A stretch of DNA of 64,000 nucleotides from the IMG/VR virus record IMGVR_UViG_3300042881_004206; one strand, 5' to 3'. The notes below the pieces were generated by a model. That model did no database searches, had not been told where the DNA came from, and worked only from the letters and a program-made list of their open reading frames with translations. Each line of letters opens with the position of its first letter. Position 1 is the first letter of the stretch. The DNA is from a virus. Its lineage: Duplodnaviria; Caudoviricetes. The translations under genes were made by a program, and so were the position numbers. Below are positions 38,178 to 45,586 of the stretch, piece by piece.

Positions 38178-38445
38178 TCAAGTGAAAGAAATCTTCTGTA
38201 TCACACAAGAAGAATGTGCCGAAGTCTCTCAAGCAATTTCCAAAGTTTTTAGATTTGGTATCGATTCTACTCATCCCATTACAAACAAAACGAATCAACA
38301 ATCATTAGAAGAAGAAGTTGGTGATTTACTGGCTATGATTGATATTATGGTTGAAAAGTGTGTTGTATCCGATACGAATATTAATGTTGCTCGAAAAGCG
38401 AAAAGAGAGAAGTTGAAAAAATGGTCCTCAATACAAGGACTTTAA
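38170..38445 (+). CDS. MazG-like NTP pyrophosphohydrolase
   Basis: QEECAEV..AISK, EEEVGDL. Confidence 0.8.
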   Translation: MNNQVKEIFCITQEECAEVSQAISKVFRFGIDSTHPITNKTNQQSLEEEVGDLLAMIDIMVEKCVVSDTNINVARKAKREKLKKWSSIQGL

Positions 38446-38473
38446 TACATTTAACATAAATTAAGGAGATAAA

Positions 38474-39460
38474 ATGAAAAAACTATTTGTGACACTACTG
38501 GCAGCATTTGCTGTTTCAGCACAAGCACAAGTGAATGGAGCAGGCGCAACATTTCCTGCACCATTGTACGCCAAGTGGGCTGATGCTTACAATAAAGAAA
38601 CTGGAATTAGAATTAATTATCAAAGTGTTGGCTCTGGCGCAGGTATTAAACAAATTGAAGGTCGCACTGTAGTATTTGGTGCGAGTGATATGCCATTGAC
38701 TGATGATAGACTCAAGACTATGGAAGTTATGCAATTTCCAACTGTAATTGGTGGAGTTGTTCCCGTAGTTAATTTGAAAACTGTACAGCCAGGACAAATG
38801 CGTTTGACTGGCACAGTTCTTGCCGACATTTATCTCGGTAAGATTACAAGATGGAATGATGCAGCAATTAAAGCTTTGAATCCTAATTTGAATCTTCCGG
38901 ACGAAACAATCATGCCAGTCCGTAGAGCTGACGGCTCAGGCACAACATTTATTTGGACAAATTATCTAAGTAAAGTTTCCAAAGATTGGAAAGAGCAAGT
39001 TGGTGAGGGCACGGCTGTAAACTGGAGAGTTGGTGCTGGTGGTAAAGGTAATGAAGGTGTAAGTGCATTGGTCCGCCAATTGCCAGGAAGTATTGGTTAT
39101 GTTGAGTATGCATATGTGAAACAAGCCAAGATGAATTGGGTTCAAGTTCAGAACCGTGAAGGTACATGGGTAACACCTGATGACCTAACATTCAAGGCTG
39201 CAGCTGCTGGTGCAGACTGGAATAAATCCTTCTATCAAATCCTGACCGACCAACCAGGAAAGAATAGCTGGCCAATTACCGGTGCAACTTTCATCATTAT
39301 GCCACTCAAGAGTTCTGATCCGGCAAAAGCACAAGAAGCCATCAAATTCTTCTTGTGGTCCTTTGAAAAGGGTGATAAAATGGCCGAAGAACTGGACTAT
39401 GTGCCCATGGCAGACAGTGTGATTCCAAAGATTAAGGCTGAGTTGGCAAAAATCAAATAA
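38474..39460 (+). CDS. pstS: Phosphate ABC transporter substrate-binding protein PstS
   Basis: Signal peptide; GAGATFPAPLY, YQSVGSGAG, FGASD, RADGSGTT, IGYVE, WPI. Confidence 0.97.
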   Translation: MKKLFVTLLAAFAVSAQAQVNGAGATFPAPLYAKWADAYNKETGIRINYQSVGSGAGIKQIEGRTVVFGASDMPLTDDRLKTMEVMQFPTVIGGVVPVVNLKTVQPGQMRLTGTVLADIYLGKITRWNDAAIKALNPNLNLPDETIMPVRRADGSGTTFIWTNYLSKVSKDWKEQVGEGTAVNWRVGAGGKGNEGVSALVRQLPGSIGYVEYAYVKQAKMNWVQVQNREGTWVTPDDLTFKAAAAGADWNKSFYQILTDQPGKNSWPITGATFIIMPLKSSDPAKAQEAIKFFLWSFEKGDKMAEELDYVPMADSVIPKIKAELAKIK

Positions 39461-39469
39461 GGTAATATT

Positions 39470-39925
39470 ATGGACTATGATTATGAACGGTATTGTGAGA
39501 TTCTTCAGGCTTTCATGGAAACTTCATGGAGAGATCCAGATGATCTTATGATTGGTGTTGATATCTCTGATGATCCTGAAGTGAAAATCATTTTTGATGG
39601 TCATGGTGATTTGGAAGAAATGGATGAAAATGGTGAGTACAGATATGAAGAAGGTGGCGACAAGAATATGGAATCATACGCCATCTTCATTCACAAAGAC
39701 GCACTTACTGAGGGGTTTGTTTTCCCTGAACACGACCAAACTCCTTGGTGTCTCATCCATCGTCCTAAAGAAGAAGTTTGTTTATACACCTGGTATGACG
39801 TAAAGAATAATTCTTGGGAATTTCTACCACTAGAGGATAGATTGGATGAATCCAATACTATGACTATCGATATGGTTATGGAAATTCTAGAAGGTCTCTA
39901 CAAGAAGCATTATAATTATAACTGA
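39470..39925 (+). CDS. Acidic hypothetical protein
   Basis: 151-aa ORF with RBS. Confidence 0.65.
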   Translation: MDYDYERYCEILQAFMETSWRDPDDLMIGVDISDDPEVKIIFDGHGDLEEMDENGEYRYEEGGDKNMESYAIFIHKDALTEGFVFPEHDQTPWCLIHRPKEEVCLYTWYDVKNNSWEFLPLEDRLDESNTMTIDMVMEILEGLYKKHYNYN

Positions 39926-39954
39926 GTGTTTTCAAGCGCTTCCGGAGCTCTCCA

Positions 39955-40146
39955 ATGGAATCCAATACATTGCACAATTTCTTGATGATTTCTCTACCCG
40001 CACTGAATCTTTTTAGTTTCGTCTTGGGAATGCTCTATACACTTTCATCAATTTCCACAATTGGCAATCCAAAGAGTTTGTGGTTGCAAGTTGTGGGTTA
40101 TTTTATTGTCGTTGCGCTTTATTTTTATTTGCAGGTGAACTTATGA
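39955..40146 (+). CDS. Small two-TM membrane protein
   Basis: Two hydrophobic segments. Confidence 0.5.
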   Translation: MESNTLHNFLMISLPALNLFSFVLGMLYTLSSISTIGNPKSLWLQVVGYFIVVALYFYLQVNL

Positions 40147-40364
40147 ATGAGAAAATTCAACAAATCCTTGATAGAAACACCATCGAATGCATGGGTGTTA
40201 AACAAGTTAATCATGATGCATTTGCTCGTGAGATTATACAAGAGTGTTTGAAAGCCGTTGAAATGACTCCCAAACACTTTGCATACACTTCATATGATTA
40301 CGGATTGATGAGTGCAACCATCAAAGCCAGTGTGATTTCAGTCAAAGAACATTTCAAACTTTAG
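40143..40364 (+). CDS. Hypothetical protein
   Basis: MNEKI..FA..IIQEC..I.EHF pattern, paralogous to 52179..52406. Confidence 0.6.
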   Translation: MNEKIQQILDRNTIECMGVKQVNHDAFAREIIQECLKAVEMTPKHFAYTSYDYGLMSATIKASVISVKEHFKL

Positions 40365-40380
40365 ACTGAAAGATAATTAT

Positions 40381-40605
40381 ATGAAAGACACCTGCAACTA
40401 CTGTGAAAGTGAAAATCTATCGGAAGTCTACTATGATATGAACTGTTCTATCTGTAGAAAGAGAATGTTTAAAACAGTGACTGAGACTTCTGACCATAAC
40501 GGCGAACCCAGTACTCAACTTCTGCAGGACTTGAAAGATTTTTTGTTTCCAAAAACCTCTCAAGGTCCGATTTATCGTCAGCGAAAAAGTAAATTCCGAC
40601 GATAA
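40381..40605 (+). CDS. Hypothetical CxxC protein
   Basis: CNYC..CSIC. Confidence 0.45.
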   Translation: MKDTCNYCESENLSEVYYDMNCSICRKRMFKTVTETSDHNGEPSTQLLQDLKDFLFPKTSQGPIYRQRKSKFRR

Positions 40606-40645
40606 GAAAAATGTAAGATAGTAAGAAAAAGATAATGAAACCCAT

Positions 40646-40678
40646 TTGATAACTCCATATTAGTGTTTATACTAATAT
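40646..40678 (+). promoter_or_regulatory. sigma70-type promoter facing a non-coding A-tract region
   Basis: TTGATA-16-TATACT, overlapped by inverted repeat ATATTAGT-N6-ACTAATAT. Confidence 0.45.
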
Positions 40679-40854
40679 ATAGTCAGGAATCATGGGAGCT
40701 CCGAGAAAAAAATTTTAGGATTACGAAAAGTAAAAAATCGAAATCCTCTTGGAGGGGCTGGAAAAATAAAAAATTGGAAAAAAGAGTTTGACCTGGTGGA
40801 GCTTTTTTAGCTAACGCCGCTCCCCATGGCCCCGCATCCTCCATCCAATAGTCG

Positions 40855-40879
40855 AAAAAAAGCAGAGCCGAAGCTCTGC
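40855..40879 (-). terminator. Rho-independent terminator of the leftward island
   Basis: Minus strand GCAGAGC-TTCG-GCTCTGC-T7. Confidence 0.92.
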
Positions 40880-40884
40880 CGCTA

Positions 40885-41109
40885 TCAGCCTTGCCAGCGA
40901 GCAGCTCGCAGCGTCTGCTCAAGGCGTTCCATGGCAGCCGGACTCTGAGCCGCTACGGACTGCAGCACGCTTCGAATGTATCCAGTGGCGTATGCATAAG
41001 CATCACCGCGGTCGCTGGAATACTTTTCGCCTTTGGCCTTGACCAATTCCACCAGCTCATCGGTCAGCTTGTCTGCCAACTCATAGCGCTTATCGTATGC
41101 CTTGCTCAT
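40885..41109 (-). CDS. Early hypothetical protein
   Basis: AAGGA RBS, own promoter, downstream terminator; YATGYIRS motif. Confidence 0.7.
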   Translation of the reverse strand: MSKAYDKRYELADKLTDELVELVKAKGEKYSSDRGDAYAYATGYIRSVLQSVAAQSPAAMERLEQTLRAARWQG

Positions 41110-41145
41110 TTGCTTTCCTTTGTTTTACTGTTTACGATGGAATGC

Positions 41146-41173
41146 AGTGTACCAGAACCAAGGAGGATGGCAA
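41146..41173 (-). promoter_or_regulatory. sigma70-type early promoter
   Basis: TTGCCA-16-TACACT. Confidence 0.7.
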
Positions 41174-41241
41174 CCATCCATGGAATACTTGACCTTTCCG
41201 GTGGTTCTTCGGTGGCTGGTTGCCTTGGAGTCGGGTTTGTG

Positions 41242-41454
41242 TTAGGCTGCATCGGTTAGGTCAGCAGTGGTTAGATTGAGCTCACGCATGAGCTTCCGGA
41301 CAGCCTTGGCGCCTTCAGCTTTCCGCTTTTCGGCAGCCTTGGCGGCTTGCACAGCAGCCTTGGCAGCGAGCAGTGCATCCAGAGCCGTGTCCAATTCCGA
41401 CTTAATGGCAGAATTAATGGAGTCTAATTGGGTTTGAAGAGCTTCGGTGGACAT
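41242..41454 (-). CDS. Ala/Lys-rich coiled-coil hypothetical protein
   Basis: Start re-called at ATG 41454 (AAGG RBS). Confidence 0.6.
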   Translation of the reverse strand: MSTEALQTQLDSINSAIKSELDTALDALLAAKAAVQAAKAAEKRKAEGAKAVRKLMRELNLTTADLTDAA

Positions 41455-41465
41455 AATATTACCTT

Positions 41466-41561
41466 TCAAAGGGGGAAGAAAAACGGAACAAAGGGAAGCG
41501 CTACTGCCAAAGCAAGGCCAATAGCACCGAGATAATCGGAAAAAGTGGTGGTTTGATTCAT
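41466..41561 (-). CDS. 31-aa membrane peptide
   Basis: Manual translation MNQTTTFSDYLGAIGLALAVALPFVPFFFPL; ATGA coupling to upstream gene. Confidence 0.45.
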   Translation of the reverse strand: MNQTTTFSDYLGAIGLALAVALPFVPFFFPL

Positions 41562-41665
41562 TTCATCAGCTCAATAATTGCGATAATTGCAAAGCCGAGA
41601 CTGATACCAGTGGCGACAGAAGCCAGGAGGAACAGCGTTTCATTGGTTTGGTACTTTTCGTTCAT
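41558..41665 (-). CDS. 35-aa membrane peptide
   Basis: Manual translation MNEKYQTNETLFLLASVATGISLGFAIIAIIELMK; AAGGA RBS and own promoter. Confidence 0.55.
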   Translation of the reverse strand: MNEKYQTNETLFLLASVATGISLGFAIIAIIELMK

Positions 41666-41693
41666 TTGGTTTCCTTATCAATCTATGAAAGCA

Positions 41694-41721
41694 AGTATAC
41701 CAGAAGTGGACGGATTGTCAA
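41694..41721 (-). promoter_or_regulatory. sigma70-type early promoter
   Basis: TTGACA-16-TATACT. Confidence 0.8.
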
Positions 41722-41749
41722 GCGTTATTGGAAAAGTCGACCGGATTGG

Positions 41750-41935
41750 TCAGCCTTTCGCATGGACCAGACCAGCATCCCGGAGACCAATGGCTTTCCG
41801 ACCAAGGTTTGCCACCGACCATTTTGCACCGGTAATCCAGGTTTTCTCGGACTGGCGCGGCCTGCGTGGCTTGAATACTGTAACCAATACTCCATCGGCA
41901 TTGGTATATTGTGAAAGTATATTAGATTTAGCCAT
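41750..41935 (-). CDS. Basic hypothetical protein
   Basis: MAKSNILSQY..GVLVTVFKPRRPR; GAGG RBS. Confidence 0.6.
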   Translation of the reverse strand: MAKSNILSQYTNADGVLVTVFKPRRPRQSEKTWITGAKWSVANLGRKAIGLRDAGLVHAKG

Positions 41936-42077
41936 TAGTAACCTCTGAAAGAAAAGCACGGAGATTTTCTTCGGGAATATTGCTGAGCAATTCGACAATA
42001 GCGGTCAAATCACCACGGTCAATATCTTCCACAATTTGGTCAATAACCATATCCATCAAATCAGTAAATTCAGCCAT
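41928..42077 (-). CDS. 49-aa acidic hypothetical protein
   Basis: Manual translation MAEFTDLMDMVIDQIVEDIDRGDLTAIVELLSNIPEENLRAFLSEVTNG; TAATG coupling. Confidence 0.65.
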   Translation of the reverse strand: MAEFTDLMDMVIDQIVEDIDRGDLTAIVELLSNIPEENLRAFLSEVTNG

Positions 42078-42289
42078 TATTCTTCCTCGGTTTCTTCTTC
42101 AAAATGCTCGAGCAATTCGTCCCAATTAATAGCGGTGATATTAATTTGGTCCTTCAGAAAACCATTCGGCATGGCATCATATTGCTCCTCGATCATATCA
42201 CGGATGAAATGCACATCCTCACGGGATTCTGGATTATACCAGACATTTACCGACCAGGTTTCATAATTGGACCAACCGTTGTAGCTCAT
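42077..42289 (-). CDS. Hypothetical protein of the YNGW.NYETW family
   Basis: Start re-called at ATG 42289 (AAGGA RBS); MSYNGWSNYETW..INW.EL. Confidence 0.75.
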   Translation of the reverse strand: MSYNGWSNYETWSVNVWYNPESREDVHFIRDMIEEQYDAMPNGFLKDQINITAINWDELLEHFEEETEEE

Positions 42290-42317
42290 TTGCTTTCCTT
42301 TGTTTACGATGGAATAC

Positions 42318-42345
42318 AGTATACCAGAAGTGGTAGGAATGTCAA
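42318..42345 (-). promoter_or_regulatory. sigma70-type early promoter
   Basis: TTGACA-16-TATACT. Confidence 0.8.
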
Positions 42346-42369
42346 GCGGTAGTTGACCGTTCCGGTATG

Positions 42370-42507
42370 TTATTTGCCCTGGGGCTTGGCGGCTTGCTGA
42401 ATGGCAACCTCCGATGTTAAAATCAAGCGGTCCAGGGCCTGAGCCATGGGGGTCAAGCCAATATTGGCAGCCACAATCCCGAAAATGAAGCCTAGAATGA
42501 ATCGCAT
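42370..42507 (-). CDS. 45-aa membrane peptide
   Basis: Manual translation MRFILGFIFGIVAANIGLTPMAQALDRLILTSEVAIQQAAKPQGK; own promoter. Confidence 0.55.
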   Translation of the reverse strand: MRFILGFIFGIVAANIGLTPMAQALDRLILTSEVAIQQAAKPQGK

Positions 42508-42533
42508 TGCTTTGTCCGTTTGTCAATGTTTGG

Positions 42534-42635
42534 ACTGTACCAGAACCACAGAGGATGGCAAGTTGCACAAAAGCAACACTACAGGCCGGTCAACTATTGC
42601 ATGTGGCTTGCCTTGGGCTCTCGGAGTGGTATAAT
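42534..42635. promoter_or_regulatory. Divergent promoter pair around a GTTG-N8-CAAC box
   Basis: Leftward TTGCCA-16-TACAGT (42561-42534); box GTTGCACAAAAGCAAC (42562-42577); rightward TTGCCT-16-TATAAT (42608-42635). Confidence 0.7.
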
Positions 42636-42673
42636 GGCTTCATAGCAATCGGAGAAGCCGGAGCTCTAATCCA
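42633..42673 (+). repeat. 41-bp direct repeat, copy 1 (promoter-proximal non-coding element)
   Basis: AATGGCTTCATAGCAATCGGAGAAGCCGGAGCTCTAATCCA; 40/41 identical to copy 2. Confidence 0.9.
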
Positions 42674-42740
42674 GACCTGCGCGTTGGATCCACGGCTATC
42701 AGTCCTGCGCCGGCGATTAGAATTTCCAATGGTCAGACGC

Positions 42741-42768
42741 TTGCCATTTCCACTGGTTCTGTCACAAT
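42741..42768 (+). promoter_or_regulatory. sigma70-type promoter
   Basis: TTGCCA-16-CACAAT. Confidence 0.55.
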
Positions 42769-42775
42769 GCAAAGC

Positions 42776-43132
42776 ATGGAAACACAATACACCTTCAGCG
42801 ATGACCTGGTCTCTGACCTCCACAAGGACGCCTATGGCTTCCGCCCCAGCGAGTCCTTCTGGAGAACCTGGGAAACCTCCACCGATGCCGAAAAGCAGTC
42901 GGAGTGGGACCGCTTGGCTGCTCATATGCAGCTGGCCATGGAACAGGAGGCGGCCAACCACCGGACCTGTATCGCACGGCTGGAGGACAGGATTGCCCAG
43001 CTGATCCAATGCGGCGCCAAGGACCGTGCCATGGCCATCCGTTGGTTGGATGAGGCGTACCAGACCCATGGCGACACCGAATTCCTGGAGTGGAACCTCG
43101 GCGTACCTTTCGGTTACCTGCGGAAGCCCTAA
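42776..43132 (+). CDS. Hypothetical protein, possibly leaderless
   Basis: SDLHKDAYGFRP motif ... EW.LG.PFGY; ATG 42776 is 7 nt after the -10. Confidence 0.75.
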   Translation: METQYTFSDDLVSDLHKDAYGFRPSESFWRTWETSTDAEKQSEWDRLAAHMQLAMEQEAANHRTCIARLEDRIAQLIQCGAKDRAMAIRWLDEAYQTHGDTEFLEWNLGVPFGYLRKP

Positions 43133-43176
43133 GCACTACCTATAGTGCTTGCTATGCGAAAACCTCGAGGATTTTG

Positions 43177-43238
43177 GTTGTTTTTTAGCAACGGACACTA
43201 GGGGTAGTGCTTGCCATTTTCCGTGGATCGCTTAGAAT
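43177..43238 (+). promoter_or_regulatory. GTTG-N8-CAAC box plus sigma70 promoter
   Basis: GTTGTTTTTTAGCAAC; TTGCCA-16-TAGAAT. Confidence 0.7.
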
Positions 43239-43276
43239 GGCTTCATAGCAATCGGAAAAGCCGGAGCTCTAATCCA
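43236..43276 (+). repeat. 41-bp direct repeat, copy 2
   Basis: AATGGCTTCATAGCAATCGGAAAAGCCGGAGCTCTAATCCA. Confidence 0.9.
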
Positions 43277-43393
43277 CCCCTGCCTGCTATATGTTTCCGG
43301 CCGCGCACGTTTGGACCATTATATCATACGGGAACGGACAATGGCAACCAGCCACCCAATACCCAGTAAACCGGTCAACATTTCACACAGCGC

Positions 43394-43421
43394 TTGACAA
43401 ACCCACCAGAACCTGTACAGT
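43394..43421 (+). promoter_or_regulatory. sigma70-type promoter
   Basis: TTGACA-16-TACAGT. Confidence 0.6.
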
Positions 43422-43454
43422 CCGACCATTGAAATTCAACAGCGGAGATATTCC

Positions 43455-43637
43455 ATGGATATTCAAACGGCGCAACATATTATGGGAAAATTCAGTATTA
43501 ACCATAATACTGAGACATTTATGGAAACCATTGAATTAATGGACCATTTTCTGCAGCGTGATACTCTGACGGATATTGAAAAGCAAGCATATTTTCTGAT
43601 TATTGACGAATATGCTGCATATAATACTGCGGAATAA
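43455..43637 (+). CDS. Hypothetical protein
   Basis: GGAG RBS and promoter. Confidence 0.6.
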   Translation: MDIQTAQHIMGKFSINHNTETFMETIELMDHFLQRDTLTDIEKQAYFLIIDEYAAYNTAE

Positions 43638-43776
43638 TTGAAAAACCGCAGAAAATAAATCAAATACCTTCGCGGACAGAAACTAAGTCGGATACTCTCC
43701 AAAATATCCACGATATTCTGCGAAAACCCACGCGACACAATATTGCACTTTTTGACACAATTTGACACAATAAATC

Positions 43777-43935
43777 ATGTATTCAATTGAATTCTCAGAA
43801 TATCGGATTGGTCGGTTGTTTCATTATAACGGAAACGATTATATTAAAGCATCCACCCGTACTGGTAAAATGTTATCCAATGGTCGGACATTTTATTTTC
43901 GTAAGCAGGAAGTAATTCATCCCATTTCATGGTAA
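43777..43935 (+). CDS. 52-aa hypothetical protein
   Basis: Manual translation MYSIEFSEYRIGRLFHYNGNDYIKASTRTGKMLSNGRTFYFRKQEVIHPISW. Confidence 0.55.
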   Translation: MYSIEFSEYRIGRLFHYNGNDYIKASTRTGKMLSNGRTFYFRKQEVIHPISW

Positions 43936-43944
43936 GGATTAATC

Positions 43945-44133
43945 ATGGATATTTTTTCGGAAACTCGAAATCATTACATTGAAGAATTGGTATCGGATGA
44001 TATTGATACCATACAGAATTCTCCCATATACTATATTGAATCATTCTTGAAGTATGGTCATCGTGGTTATATGGATTATTCTGATGAGGAATTGATTCAG
44101 GTGTATAATCAACGGTTTGCGGATAGGAGATAA
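43945..44133 (+). CDS. Hypothetical protein
   Basis: AAGGA RBS; GHRGYMDYSDEEL. Confidence 0.6.
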   Translation: MDIFSETRNHYIEELVSDDIDTIQNSPIYYIESFLKYGHRGYMDYSDEELIQVYNQRFADRR

Positions 44134-44134
44134 T

Positions 44135-44347
44135 ATGATGGAATACAATTTCGAATCTACAGTATTAAATCTAGTGGAACCGCATCGGACTAATGGTTCT
44201 AAGGTATACTTTGAGAATGGTTCTCTATTTTTGGAGAATATCCCAGATGATTCTGCGGATAATATTATGAAAGCATTAAATGGCAGGTTTGATATAATCG
44301 TTACTGAATATGAAGCGATTAATGGTTTTGTAGTTGATTTTGGTTGA
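44135..44347 (+). CDS. Hypothetical protein
   Basis: AGGAG RBS before ATG 44135. Confidence 0.6.
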   Translation: MMEYNFESTVLNLVEPHRTNGSKVYFENGSLFLENIPDDSADNIMKALNGRFDIIVTEYEAINGFVVDFG

Positions 44348-44373
44348 TAGAATAAGCGAGAGGTCGATTTATT

Positions 44374-44619
44374 ATGATGTTGGGCGGAGCAATTTGGAAT
44401 CTTGAAGGTATGCATATATCTGGCCTGTATATGGGTAATATTCCCGTTTCAGGTAAGGTATGGTTGTCCCGTGTCAAATATGGTGGTGAGGTATCGCATC
44501 ATATTAACCTGGATAAGGTTATCTCGGTATATGGTGCCGAGCGGGATTCGGTGATTCTGAACCATTCTGAGGTGTTGCAGGTACGCAACAGTGGTGCAAC
44601 GGTTGTGGAAACTGCTTGA
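44374..44619 (+). CDS. Hypothetical protein
   Basis: V.G.V..SRVKYGG.V.H motif. Confidence 0.65.
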   Translation: MMLGGAIWNLEGMHISGLYMGNIPVSGKVWLSRVKYGGEVSHHINLDKVISVYGAERDSVILNHSEVLQVRNSGATVVETA

Positions 44620-44644
44620 CAAAGCGGTAGAAGTGAGGTAAGAT
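44574..44644 (+). promoter_or_regulatory. GTTG-N8-CAAC box plus sigma70 promoter
   Basis: GTTGCAGGTACGCAAC inside the upstream ORF; TTGACA-17-TAAGAT. Confidence 0.65.
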
Positions 44645-44668
44645 ATTGATTCTTTTGGAGATTTAAAT

Positions 44669-44866
44669 ATGAATTATGATATGTTTACCCATGCTGGTGA
44701 TGCCGCGGTACATGGTATCGTGGTCGCTGCGGATGAATTAGATTTGACCTGGGAACAGGTGGAGAATAGTTTAATTCGATTATCACGGCATGAGGGTTTT
44801 GCGGAGGCAACCGATACTGCGGTCCGTGAAGCAGTATATTGTGCATTGAATTTTGATAAGAGGTAA
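44669..44866 (+). CDS. Hypothetical protein
   Basis: GGAG RBS; Y.MFT..G..AV ... EA.DT.VRE motif. Confidence 0.7.
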   Translation: MNYDMFTHAGDAAVHGIVVAADELDLTWEQVENSLIRLSRHEGFAEATDTAVREAVYCALNFDKR

Positions 44867-44867
44867 T

Positions 44868-45131
44868 ATGTTTATCGTATACCATACTGATTTTCCGCAC
44901 CAGGATAAGCGGTATTTCAATACCCATGCCGGTGCAAGGCGGTCGGCCACCTGTTCCAATCGGAATTTGACGGAAGAAAAGTATAAAGTGGTACCGGAAA
45001 CTGATTTTGATACTCTATTTCCTGTTACCATGAAAACGGTACGGAATCTCATGACAGGAGAATTGATTCAAATTCCCTCCAATACTCCCCATTCCTGTGA
45101 TCCTAGTACCGAAGCATACTGGAGTCAGTAA
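44868..45131 (+). CDS. Hypothetical protein
   Basis: VRNLMTG....IP..TP..CDPS.E.YWS motif. Confidence 0.7.
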   Translation: MFIVYHTDFPHQDKRYFNTHAGARRSATCSNRNLTEEKYKVVPETDFDTLFPVTMKTVRNLMTGELIQIPSNTPHSCDPSTEAYWSQ

Positions 45132-45368
45132 GTGCAAACTAATTTCAAACAATATGTATCGGATATGAATCGCCGATCCATTTTCCATGGTATTCCCATG
45201 CAATACCTGGAAGAATTGACCAGTGTTTTCCGTAGAAACAATTTCCGTATACGGATCAAATACCGTGGTCCTAGGAATACTCCTGCTGATTCTGGTCGGA
45301 GTATACTTGCTCGGCAGGGTACCTGCCTGAAACAAAACGCTAAATCATTTGCAATTTATTATAGGTAA
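45132..45368 (+). CDS. Hypothetical protein
   Basis: GTG start; RIKYRGPR..K..A..FAIY. Confidence 0.6.
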   Translation: MQTNFKQYVSDMNRRSIFHGIPMQYLEELTSVFRRNNFRIRIKYRGPRNTPADSGRSILARQGTCLKQNAKSFAIYYR

Positions 45369-45372
45369 AATC

Positions 45373-45585
45373 ATGAAACTCCCTTTTGAATGTATCGTTG
45401 GTTCTGAAAACGAAGTAATTACTAACCCTTTTTCTGGTGAATCGGTCGAATTGATTCCAGAAGCCGTTGCAGTATATGACACCATTATGGGTGCTCAAAT
45501 GTTTAATGATTATAAAACTGTCCGAAAAGGTTTGGACTGGTTTCGCCGTCATTTTCCCCAAGAATATATGATTCTGCTGGACTAA
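45373..45585 (+). CDS. Hypothetical protein
   Basis: NPFSGE..L.PEAVAVYD.I.G ... GLDWF...FP.EYM.LLD motif. Confidence 0.7.
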   Translation: MKLPFECIVGSENEVITNPFSGESVELIPEAVAVYDTIMGAQMFNDYKTVRKGLDWFRRHFPQEYMILLD

Positions 45586-45586
45586 T

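Noticed and set aside
38439-38460. Pho box upstream of pstS
   Set aside because: Only one half-site-like TTTAACATAAA; no convincing second half-site at 11-bp spacing
42636-42658. GGCTTC/GAAGCC hairpin as an RNA structure
   Set aside because: The likely TSS (about 7 nt after TATAAT, near 42642) leaves the 5' arm untranscribed, and copy 2 weakens it
42636-42740. Known self-cleaving ribozymes (HDV/theta, hammerhead, twister, pistol) for the duplicated element or beside the tRNA
   Set aside because: Could not fit the required cores by eye (no CUGANGA/GAAA, no room for HDV P3/L3); an Rfam scan is still needed
42446-43136. Long overlapping ORFs 42446..42634, 42507..43004, 42590..43069 and 42795..43136
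   Set aside because: By-products of locally high GC; they cross promoters and lack RBS or recognisable motifs
42633-43276. CRISPR mini-array reading of the 41-bp repeats
   Set aside because: Only two copies, 562 nt apart with promoters and a gene between them; no cas genes in the window
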